This document shows positions 16,304 through 25,043 of a stretch of 64,000 nucleotides of DNA, one piece after another. The stretch's first letter is position 1, and the number at the start of each line of letters is the position of its first letter. The notes beneath the pieces are model-generated. The model was not told the origin of the DNA. It saw only the letters and a list, made by a program, of their open reading frames with translations, and did no database searches. The stretch is from the sequence record MN988561.1; one strand, 5' to 3'. The position numbers were made by a program, and so were the translations under genes.

Positions 16304-19300
16304 ATGCAACTTTCTCTGAAGCCAGTCTCTCCAGAATCTGTACTCTTGACTTCACAAGGAGAGGTCAAGTCGTATGAGACTCTGAACTTCAAGACAGGTC
16401 TACCTGTTCGAGACGGTCTCTTGTGCCAGAAGGTATTCGGACCGATTAGAGACTACGTATGTGAATGCGGCAAGTACGATGGTAAGAAATACCAGGGACA
16501 TACTTGTGAGAAGTGCGGTGTTACGGTAGCGAGTTCACGTGCTCGTACTGTGAGAATGGGTCATATTGATCTTCAAGTTCCCATTCTTAATCCGTTGATG
16601 ATCGAGTCGATCGAATCGATTATAGGTCTCCCATCCAGAAAGATGGAGGACTTTATGAAGAACAAGATCTGCCTGAAATTTTCAGCATCTGGTACAGGTA
16701 ATCTTGTTCGTAAGGACGGTACACGAGGTATCGCGTATTTTGTAGATCCTAAGGAATCTGATCCTCGATCTCCTACTCTGCAGCATACGAAGTCGTCTCT
16801 GGTTCTTTATGAACTCTTGACGGATCTCGATATTGAAGAGACGCTCAAAGTCAATGGATCCAAGATCCTGAAGACCTATGTGCAGAAGAACTTCCCTCTT
16901 TCTAATCTCTTCATTCGTTATCTACCGGTATCTCCAGCAGGATACCGTCCAGTCACTCGTATGAGAAACTACTATTCTCAGCATCCCAAGAATGACCTTT
17001 ATCAGAAGATCATTCGACGTACTCTGCGAGTGAAGGAACTGGTTAATATCAATGCAGACTCAATGATTCTTCAGGAAGAGGCAGGCATTCTGTATAAGTC
17101 TGTCGATCAACTCTTCACTGGAGGAGCTCGAGATGGCGATGGGAACCCTCTTCCTGGAACCATTGAGAAGATGATGGGTAAGAGAGGTATTCTCCGAGGA
17201 AATCTTCTCGGTAAGCGTACCGACTACTCTGGACGTTCAGTTATCACTTCAGCAGGTGATCGTGTAGAAGTGGACCAGATTGGTCTACCTCGTAAGATGG
17301 CATACATCTTGTTTCGTCCTTTCATTCTCCGTTATCTGATGACGGAGTATCTGGATCATTATACTGAAGCACTGAAGCACTACGAGAAGAAGACTGTTAT
17401 CGCACTGAAGTCTCTCGAGATGGTAGCTAAGGATTATCCGATCATCATGAATCGTGCTCCTACGCTTCATAGATACGGTGTAATGTCTTTCCGTACCAAG
17501 TTGGTAAATGGTAAGGCTATCCTCGTTCATCCGATTGTATGTTCTCCATTCAATGCAGACTTCGACGGAGATACTGTAGCTATCCACTTGCCTCTTTCAG
17601 CTAAGTCTGTTCAGGAGTGCAAAGATTATCTCATGCCTCAGAACAATCTCCTGTCTTCACTTGATGGTGATCCGATCATCAATATGTCGCACGAGATGGT
17701 TATCGGTCTTGCTATCATGTCTCGTATTAAGGATCATGATAAGGGATTCGGTACATTCCGACGTATGGATGAGCTCGAGTATCTTCATACTGTCACCAAT
17801 CCTCAGACTAGCCGTCCTACACTTGAGATCTACGATAGAATCAAGTGGAAAGATGAACGAGGAGTGACAGAGACGTGCTATGGTCGACTTCTTCTCGAGC
17901 AGACATTCAAGACCAAGAATCTTCCGAAGGACTTCTCTAAGAAGACTATTCGTCGGATGATCAGTGATGCGTACGACAAGCTTGGACCTGATGAACTGAT
18001 TAAGGTACTGGATGTAGCTACTCAGCTTTCATTCAAGTATGCTACGAACTCTGGTTTCTCAGTTTCGATTGATGATTGTAAGGTACCTTCTACGAAACCT
18101 GCTAAGATTGCGAAAGCTAGAGAGCAGGAAGCTGAGAATTATCGTCAATTCGATAACAATGAAATCAATCTTGCAGAGCGTCGAGAGAACAATATTCGTC
18201 TCTGGAACGATGTCTTTGAAGATCTTCATCACGATTGGATGAAAGAAGCAGGTGAGGACAATCCGGTAGTTCTTATGTATACTACTGGTGCTCGTGTTAG
18301 TAAGTCTCAGGTCAATCAGATCGGAGTCGCTAAGGGTCTTGTATCCAATGCACTCAATCAGATCATCGAGAAGCCTATGGTTAACTCCTTCCGTGAAGGA
18401 TTGTCGACGTTTGAGTACTTTGCATCTTGCTCTGGATCTCGTAAGTCCATGGCAGACAAGAAGAATCTGACTCCCAAGTCTGGTTATCTTACACGTCGAA
18501 TGATTACTGCTAGCCGAGATTTCTTCATTAATTCAGATGATTGTGGTACCGATAAGGGTATCATGCGTACGATGAAGTCCTCGTATGGACGTTATCGTTG
18601 CGACAATGGTGAGATGATTGGTACGAACAATAGTGAAGAACTCGTTAAGGTTCGTAGTCCGATTCATTGTGAGTCGCATGGTGGTATCTGCGTTAAGTGC
18701 TACGGTATTGATCCTGCTAAGCGTAAGATCGTCACGAAGGGGTCCAACGTAGGAGCTATTGCAGCTCACTCGTTGACTGAATCTACAACTCAGATGACGA
18801 TGCGTACCTTCCATACATCTGGTGCAGTCGTTCTGAAGGATAGTCCGATGGTCATTACTGCCCAGAAGGATGGTAAGATCAGCTGGGATACTCTTCATCC
18901 TGTCTACAGCAAGATTCATGTTGTTGCAGATATGGAAGATTGGGATACACCTCTCAATGATCGATTGACGTATACAGTTCATAACAAGATGTCTCGCATT
19001 CTTGTTAAGGATGGTCAGTCTGTCAAGAAGGGTGATCCTCTAGCGATCTACGTTGATGAAGATCTTGAGAGCGACGACGTCAGTGGATCGCTCCCTAAGA
19101 TTGAATCTCTGTATGAAGGTCGAGTACCTCCGAAAGCGTACAAGTCAGTTATCTCGAAGGTAGCTGGTAAGATTGGTATTAACATCGGAGATGAAGGTCT
19201 TAAGATCTTCGTTGATGGTGAATACCAAGGTACTGCTCATCCTAAGACTCCGGTATTCGTTGCTCAAGGTCAGTATGTTGAAGCTGGTCAGACTCTCTCG

Positions 19301-19687
19301 TTTGGTTCTCCAGACGTAGTAGGTTTGTTCAAGGAGACAAAGGATCTTGATCTCGCTTACAAGGTCTTTGAGAAGACTCTGATGGATATCTACAATAAGG
19401 AAGGTCTCCAGCCAGTACCAACTCATTCGGAGATGATCTTCAGAGCGATGTCTAATCTGGTATACACCGAGAGTGGTCCTTATGGTCTTCGATCCCATGG
19501 AGACAAGGGTAGCATTATGCTGAAGGGTATTACTCAGATTGGTGCGAATCATCCGTCCTGGTTGAAGTCAATCGGATTCGGATGGGTAGCTCAGACGATC
19601 AGAACTTCTGCTGTGAATCTTGCTACCACGTACGATCTTCCTACCGAACGTCTGATGTCTGGTGAATTGATTTACGAGGATAAATAA
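16304..19687 (+). CDS. rpoC: Phage-encoded multisubunit RNA polymerase beta-prime subunit
   Basis: CECGKY/CEKC zinc finger, NLLGKRTDYSGRSVI, NRAPTLHR, catalytic NADFDGD, bridge helix SGYLTRR, trigger loop TQMTMRTFH. Confidence 0.95.
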   Translation: MQLSLKPVSPESVLLTSQGEVKSYETLNFKTGLPVRDGLLCQKVFGPIRDYVCECGKYDGKKYQGHTCEKCGVTVASSRARTVRMGHIDLQVPILNPLMIESIESIIGLPSRKMEDFMKNKICLKFSASGTGNLVRKDGTRGIAYFVDPKESDPRSPTLQHTKSSLVLYELLTDLDIEETLKVNGSKILKTYVQKNFPLSNLFIRYLPVSPAGYRPVTRMRNYYSQHPKNDLYQKIIRRTLRVKELVNINADSMILQEEAGILYKSVDQLFTGGARDGDGNPLPGTIEKMMGKRGILRGNLLGKRTDYSGRSVITSAGDRVEVDQIGLPRKMAYILFRPFILRYLMTEYLDHYTEALKHYEKKTVIALKSLEMVAKDYPIIMNRAPTLHRYGVMSFRTKLVNGKAILVHPIVCSPFNADFDGDTVAIHLPLSAKSVQECKDYLMPQNNLLSSLDGDPIINMSHEMVIGLAIMSRIKDHDKGFGTFRRMDELEYLHTVTNPQTSRPTLEIYDRIKWKDERGVTETCYGRLLLEQTFKTKNLPKDFSKKTIRRMISDAYDKLGPDELIKVLDVATQLSFKYATNSGFSVSIDDCKVPSTKPAKIAKAREQEAENYRQFDNNEINLAERRENNIRLWNDVFEDLHHDWMKEAGEDNPVVLMYTTGARVSKSQVNQIGVAKGLVSNALNQIIEKPMVNSFREGLSTFEYFASCSGSRKSMADKKNLTPKSGYLTRRMITASRDFFINSDDCGTDKGIMRTMKSSYGRYRCDNGEMIGTNNSEELVKVRSPIHCESHGGICVKCYGIDPAKRKIVTKGSNVGAIAAHSLTESTTQMTMRTFHTSGAVVLKDSPMVITAQKDGKISWDTLHPVYSKIHVVADMEDWDTPLNDRLTYTVHNKMSRILVKDGQSVKKGDPLAIYVDEDLESDDVSGSLPKIESLYEGRVPPKAYKSVISKVAGKIGINIGDEGLKIFVDGEYQGTAHPKTPVFVAQGQYVEAGQTLSFGSPDVVGLFKETKDLDLAYKVFEKTLMDIYNKEGLQPVPTHSEMIFRAMSNLVYTESGPYGLRSHGDKGSIMLKGITQIGANHPSWLKSIGFGWVAQTIRTSAVNLATTYDLPTERLMSGELIYEDK

Positions 19688-19690
19688 AGG

Positions 19691-19888
19691 ATGCAAGACC
19701 TATCTCAACTATGTGAAGTTGAGATGGAGAAGTTAGTTGAAATACTAATGAGATCGACTCACTTGACACTCGACGGTGTTGAGCTGAGTCGATCTCATGA
19801 ATATCATAATAGCCCATCTGTCTCTACAATTAAAACTCATAAAGTCCTTGATGACTCATACATTACAGTTAGACTGAAATATGTATAA
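19691..19888 (+). CDS. Hypothetical protein
   Basis: 65-aa ORF with AAGG SD, coupled to neighbours. Confidence 0.55.
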   Translation: MQDLSQLCEVEMEKLVEILMRSTHLTLDGVELSRSHEYHNSPSVSTIKTHKVLDDSYITVRLKYV

Positions 19889-20594
19889 CTTGCAATACGA
19901 TGATGGAATTCTTAAATCAAATAGGGAGTCTCTCGTAAACATACGAGCTCCATTCTTCAAACGGATTGATCGACGATCTCGCAAGTCGTCCATCGAGAGA
20001 TTAATGATCTCACCTGATACAACAAGAAATTGTAGTCAGATTAAGAGATTTCTCGTTCCGTTCAACGATAAGTACTTGTACAGCATGCATGTGACTTATC
20101 GTGACGACTTAAAGTGTCAATCTATTTATGACACTAACAAGTCTCTCAAGCGAATCCTCCGATCTAAAATGTTAATGTCAGCTGTGAACAGGATAAATGA
20201 GTATCCTCAACTCAAAGCAGACATATTGTCTGTAATCAAGCTTGTAGTTAATTCTTGGGAGTTTGATGGTCTTATCACAGACATTGAATGGCTCCAGGAT
20301 GAAAATCTACTGGATACTGTGATATCTAAGTGGAAACTGAAGAAGTACGAATCCTCTACAGAGCGAGGGTCAGTGATCAATCTCTTAATAAAGAGTTTTG
20401 ATGGAGTTCCACTTAATCTTCTATCTCATCTAGAGATGAAGAAAATCAGTATTGAGGATACTGACATTGAGGACGTTAAGTTTAAATGTCCTCTGATATT
20501 AATGCGATCGAATTCATCTTGTGCAGGATTCATATCTAAGTCCTTGGATAAAGGACTACCTGTGAGTCTGTTCAAGATTGATATAAAAGAGTAA
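19881..20594 (+). CDS. Hypothetical protein
   Basis: 237-aa ORF ending at the convergent terminator. Confidence 0.7.
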   Translation: MYNLQYDDGILKSNRESLVNIRAPFFKRIDRRSRKSSIERLMISPDTTRNCSQIKRFLVPFNDKYLYSMHVTYRDDLKCQSIYDTNKSLKRILRSKMLMSAVNRINEYPQLKADILSVIKLVVNSWEFDGLITDIEWLQDENLLDTVISKWKLKKYESSTERGSVINLLIKSFDGVPLNLLSHLEMKKISIEDTDIEDVKFKCPLILMRSNSSCAGFISKSLDKGLPVSLFKIDIKE

Positions 20595-20650
20595 AAATAA
20601 AGGCCACTAGGCGGGACCCTTCTCGGAGGATTCACCTAGTGGCCTATTTT
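20593..20650. terminator. Bidirectional terminator between convergent early and late units
   Basis: AGGCCACTAGG/CCTAGTGGCCT stem with an A-tract on the left and a T-tract on the right. Confidence 0.8.
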
Positions 20651-20656
20651 TGTGTC

Positions 20657-20911
20657 TTATGGAAGAAGTGGTACGAAACTCTTCAGCTTATTGTACACAT
20701 CATCCTGCTTACCCATTTCAGTCGAATACTTATCAAGAATCGTCTGATTATCTGGGAATTCATTACCTTGATTAGCTACCCAGTCGACATAATCATGCCA
20801 ATCCTGGTCATCGTGAAGATCACGATGCTGCTTAATCAGATTTGCATATTCAGCATCTGTGAATTCATGCAATGATGAAAGCTTCTCAAGAATGTCTTTA
20901 GCTCTACTCAT
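20657..20911 (-). CDS. Small acidic protein with MSRA N-terminal motif (candidate internal head protein)
   Basis: GGAG-N6-ATG start giving MSRAKDILEKLSSLHE. Confidence 0.7.
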   Translation of the reverse strand: MSRAKDILEKLSSLHEFTDAEYANLIKQHRDLHDDQDWHDYVDWVANQGNEFPDNQTILDKYSTEMGKQDDVYNKLKSFVPLLP

Positions 20912-20922
20912 ATTAATCTCCG

Positions 20923-21378
20923 TCAAGCTACTACAGCGAGTTCATTACTTGGTACTTCATGAACGTCACCATCGACTTCGATCATGCAGATTTCACCGTT
21001 CACTTTAAGAACAGTGCCTGTACCGTGAACTGATTCAACAGTGTTATTAAGAAGGATCTCACGACCATTCTTATCTTCGCATTCGATGAATGCTCTCTGA
21101 CCATTGTCAGGAGTGTAATCAGGAGCTTTACCTGTTACGCCATCTGCATTCACATTGTTCCAGTGACCGTATGCGTCAAAGTATAGTACGTCGAGATCCG
21201 AACTATCTTGGAACTTGTCACGTTCAGCCATAGCATCCTTGAAAGGCATTGCTAGAGGACCTAGGATAACTTTATTGTTGGTACGATTAACAATGTACGT
21301 ACCAATGCGTTTACTGGTATCTTCGTCGATACCTGTGATCTTTGACAGATCACTAATCAGACCTGATGCTCTGCTCAT
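20923..21378 (-). CDS. Hypothetical protein with MSRA motif and C-terminal SH3/Tudor-like beta segment
   Basis: MSRASGLISDLSKITGIDE start; AGGA SD. Confidence 0.7.
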   Translation of the reverse strand: MSRASGLISDLSKITGIDEDTSKRIGTYIVNRTNNKVILGPLAMPFKDAMAERDKFQDSSDLDVLYFDAYGHWNNVNADGVTGKAPDYTPDNGQRAFIECEDKNGREILLNNTVESVHGTGTVLKVNGEICMIEVDGDVHEVPSNELAVVA

Positions 21379-21406
21379 ATTAAATATCCTTGTTAGCGTT
21401 TATGAC

Positions 21407-21706
21407 TTAGAGACCAGCAGCCTTGCGCTTTCTCATAGTCATTTGACGCTTACGAGAGATAGCAGCTTGCTGTCCTCTCTTCTTACGAGCACCCATCTTC
21501 GCAGCCTTACGCTTAGCGATGATCTCACCGGCACTCATCTTGACGCAAGTCTTACCATCAATCTTGTAACCTGGAGGGCAATCAAGAATAACACTCTTGG
21601 CTCCACCTCTGAATGTTACTTTCTTCTTAGGAGCAGCTTCACTAGCTGGAATAGAAGACTCATAGTAAGCATCAATTTTAGTGATCAAATCTGCAGATTT
21701 AGACAT
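21407..21706 (-). CDS. Prohead core protein, T4 gp68-like
   Basis: Basic C-terminus RKRQMTMRKRKAAGL resembles the gp68 tail; CPPGYK motif; MSKSADLI start. Confidence 0.6.
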   Translation of the reverse strand: MSKSADLITKIDAYYESSIPASEAAPKKKVTFRGGAKSVILDCPPGYKIDGKTCVKMSAGEIIAKRKAAKMGARKKRGQQAAISRKRQMTMRKRKAAGL

Positions 21707-21774
21707 AATGTACATCCATTTTAGTTTATTTAATGAGGATTATCACTTTACACAATTATAAAGTGTGCACAAAG

Positions 21775-21803
21775 AGGAAGGCTTATGTCGCCTTCCTTCG
21801 CTG
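21775..21803 (-). promoter_or_regulatory. Conserved bipartite motif copy 2, overlapping a terminator-like hairpin
   Basis: CAGCGAA-N10-ATAAGCCTTCCT on the - strand upstream of the three MSR-motif genes; AGGAAGGC/GCCTTCCT also pair. Confidence 0.6.
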
Positions 21804-21818
21804 AATCCTTAGCTTTAT

Positions 21819-23663
21819 TTACGTTATTAACTTATTCTTCTCACTAGCAGGTATCCCATTAGCGATTCGATCCATCATTATAGGATACGGATGAACACCA
21901 TCTTGTGTAACACTAGGTCGTACAATAGATCCTACAGGTAAAATTGCAGCACGTGGAATTGAGAGTATAAGAGTATTTCCACTAACACTTAGAATAGTAG
22001 TCGTAGATAGTCTAGCAATTCCATCAGGCGCTGCATAAGTATTGATTTCTTGTTCTCCTCTAAACAAGTTAGCATTAGCAACTTGAATAGATGAATAAGT
22101 TTCTACTCCATCAGTACCAGCTTGGACAGTGACAGTTGTGCTAGGTAGTTCTAACGTACCTGGCCATGCACCACCCTTTACACTTGATACCCATGCGTAA
22201 TAAGTATCAATAGAATCATCGCAACATGATGATGTCTTTGCTAAGATATCATTTCTCAGGCGCCATTTACCACTATTGTCTGTTCCATCAGCAGGCCATG
22301 AATTCTGAGATGAGTATGTCTGGAATTCTGCCTGAAGATATAGATTACTAGCAGTGATCGACCCTGTAGCAGGAGTCGTAGCAGACCCTGCAAAGTTATA
22401 AGTGAAACTATTTGGACCTGTGACTGTTATAATCACATTACCATTGTACTCAGTTTGAGTAGCTCCACCAATCGTAACTGTTTGACCTGTTACAAGTCCG
22501 TTAGTACCAGAAGCGATAGCCGCAGTTACAACAGTTCCTACAGATGTCAATGTGACAGTACGTGTAGTCACTGTACGACCGAGAGGGGTCGTCGCAACGA
22601 TCTTAACACCTGGATAACGTGCACGTAGTCTGGTAACCAAGCTGCGGTAATTGGTATTGAAGAATGTCGTATAAACTGTACTAGTATCATTCTGACCCAT
22701 CTGATTCAAGATAACAGTAAAAGGTTTCTTATTGTTATTGAATGCAGTGATTTCATCAAGAATTGCCCATCGACGAGTAGCAATCGTACTACCACTACCT
22801 GTAAGTTCGAGTACAGAGTGTGATCCTGGCATACCAATCATAAAGTGAGGAAGACGTCCAATACCGTCTGCTTTATCTAGCCATCTACGTAACCATCCTA
22901 AGTTACCTCGAGCATCAGCACCTGCACTATATTCTTGACGAGCTTCACCGATACTATCAACGACTGCTAGTACTACAGGTCGACCATCCCAGTCACCTTT
23001 AGCAACCATAAAATCAGGACCGTAGTATGCTGGTTGAGTTACTAGAATGTAATTTATATCGAGTGATGCAGTGCAGTCTGCAAGTGGTGTATCTTTATAA
23101 GCTAGAAGTGTATTGAGATCACTAGCGCCCCATATTCTTTCACCACGATGTTTCTGAATACGATATACTGGCCAGACTTTCTCACCTACTGCAGTATGAT
23201 AGAAAGTCCAAATTTCCATCTCACTTTCAGGAGCAACATCGCGTAGAACTAATTCATCCGTCCATGCACCATTACTCTGGTCAGCAATTGTTATAGTATC
23301 TAGACCTGAGAACTTGCACTGATAGAATACGCCAGCAACTTTGATAAACAAAGCATCGACTACTACAGAGTTACCAGGAGTACCAATTGTACCAGTTACA
23401 ACTGTTTCTTGAGGTGAATTTCCACCTTCTGTTGCAGCGAATCCAGATAGATGGAATTTGAATGAACGTGTTGCATATGAAGGAGTATTTACAATAATCT
23501 TACTGCAAAGATAGTTCGTGCCAGATGCTGCTGTAACTAAGTTACCAGATGGTACACGATTTCTAGTTGCAAAGAACATATAGCGACTAGGATCAACTGG
23601 ACGAGCTCTTCGTCCATTAAATGCAGTATTAACAATTTTTAATGATTTTTTGGATATAGCCAT
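21819..23663 (-). CDS. Virion-associated SGNH/GDSL esterase-like protein with inserted beta-barrel
   Basis: VDS block I, GQND block III, DGVHP block V; MAISK start. Confidence 0.7.
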   Translation of the reverse strand: MAISKKSLKIVNTAFNGRRARPVDPSRYMFFATRNRVPSGNLVTAASGTNYLCSKIIVNTPSYATRSFKFHLSGFAATEGGNSPQETVVTGTIGTPGNSVVVDALFIKVAGVFYQCKFSGLDTITIADQSNGAWTDELVLRDVAPESEMEIWTFYHTAVGEKVWPVYRIQKHRGERIWGASDLNTLLAYKDTPLADCTASLDINYILVTQPAYYGPDFMVAKGDWDGRPVVLAVVDSIGEARQEYSAGADARGNLGWLRRWLDKADGIGRLPHFMIGMPGSHSVLELTGSGSTIATRRWAILDEITAFNNNKKPFTVILNQMGQNDTSTVYTTFFNTNYRSLVTRLRARYPGVKIVATTPLGRTVTTRTVTLTSVGTVVTAAIASGTNGLVTGQTVTIGGATQTEYNGNVIITVTGPNSFTYNFAGSATTPATGSITASNLYLQAEFQTYSSQNSWPADGTDNSGKWRLRNDILAKTSSCCDDSIDTYYAWVSSVKGGAWPGTLELPSTTVTVQAGTDGVETYSSIQVANANLFRGEQEINTYAAPDGIARLSTTTILSVSGNTLILSIPRAAILPVGSIVRPSVTQDGVHPYPIMMDRIANGIPASEKNKLIT

Positions 23664-23694
23664 AACATCAACTCTCAGATTTATCCATGATTAC

Positions 23695-24972
23695 TTATAG
23701 AGGAGCAAGTCTCACGTAGTTAGGTGGGACCCAATAAGGATCTAGCATAGGAGCCATAGCTGCAGCGAAGTATGGTGCCATGTTAGCATGATCTGTTTGC
23801 CCAGGGTGAATTGTATCTGACGGATACGAATTAGGATCTCCCTGATATGGTCTCATATCGATCGCAACATCACAATATCCATCAGCTCCTGATAGAATCC
23901 AATTGTTGTAATCATTCTTTACAGTATTCTGAGCACCTGTGAACGTTCCACGATTCAAGCAGCAGACTGCTACCATAAGTAGCGGGAGTCCATAAGGTCC
24001 GATTGTATTCTTAACTGCAGTAGCAATTGAGATGAAGTCAGCTTTGATCGCTGCTAATGTTCTATTTGCTGCAATATCGTTAGTAATACATTGTAGAATT
24101 ACACAAGTTAGCAGGTCAAGATTGACCCATTGAAGAGGAGCGAGTGCAGGAGTCTGAAGTTGCATTTTATTAGCATCAACAGCAGCAAACTGCCATACAA
24201 ACGTCTCTCCATTAATATTATTTAATCCACGTTTGATGTAACCACCAGTCGTTCCTGTATTGGTATCATTGAGATACTGAGCAATACTGTCACCGATGAC
24301 TCTACAAGCAGCCATAGGAACATCAGGAATTCCTGTAATCATCCATGGCCATACAGCGTTACCTCCACCAGATCCAGATGCATTCATAGCACCTACGCTA
24401 TTAACCTGAGCACCACCTACTGTACGAAATCCTTGTGATGATGGGCCAACCATGTTGACACCATTAATATTGTCAAGCGCTGGATCGAATACTCCAGTCG
24501 TAGCATTCTTTACAGTTCTAGTACCTCTGGTGAAGATCTGACTATTAGCAAGAGCAAATGCTCCAACAATATTGTCAGTTTCAATCAATCCACCACTGAC
24601 TAGATCTTTAGATATCGCACCACTATAGGTTGCAGGATACGTAGTTGATCCAATTTCAATTGCACGCCTCCAGATACTTGTAGCAGCAGGAGATGCAACT
24701 TCTGCTCCAGATCCAGGTGTCAGTCTTGCTTGTATATCCTGAATTCTAAGATCTTTAATATTAGCTCGCCCGATTTTATGAGCATTTCTAACTTGGTTAG
24801 CAGTATACGATCCACCTGAAGCCATTAATGATGGAGCTAGGTTAGGAGTTGCGCACCAACTAGCTACAAGTTGTCTTTTAGTAGGTGTAGGTCGAACTAA
24901 AGGTCGATTATTGTTGCGAGGATTTATTAAGATTAATTTTGACTTCAATAATCTGGTTTTAGAGATTGCCAT
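23695..24972 (-). CDS. Virion-associated SGNH/GDSL esterase-like protein
   Basis: IGDSI, ITND, DTIHP; MAISK start. Confidence 0.75.
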   Translation of the reverse strand: MAISKTRLLKSKLILINPRNNNRPLVRPTPTKRQLVASWCATPNLAPSLMASGGSYTANQVRNAHKIGRANIKDLRIQDIQARLTPGSGAEVASPAATSIWRRAIEIGSTTYPATYSGAISKDLVSGGLIETDNIVGAFALANSQIFTRGTRTVKNATTGVFDPALDNINGVNMVGPSSQGFRTVGGAQVNSVGAMNASGSGGGNAVWPWMITGIPDVPMAACRVIGDSIAQYLNDTNTGTTGGYIKRGLNNINGETFVWQFAAVDANKMQLQTPALAPLQWVNLDLLTCVILQCITNDIAANRTLAAIKADFISIATAVKNTIGPYGLPLLMVAVCCLNRGTFTGAQNTVKNDYNNWILSGADGYCDVAIDMRPYQGDPNSYPSDTIHPGQTDHANMAPYFAAAMAPMLDPYWVPPNYVRLAPL

Positions 24973-24998
24973 AATGCTATCCTTAATGAGATATAAAT

Positions 24999-25028
24999 GT
25001 TAGTAGGTGAAATTTTCCACCTACTAAC
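24999..25028 (-). terminator. Terminator-like hairpin
   Basis: GTTAGTAGGTG/CACCTACTAAC stem followed by ATTTATAT on the - strand. Confidence 0.6.
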
Positions 25029-25043
25029 AGATTTGAGAGTCTA

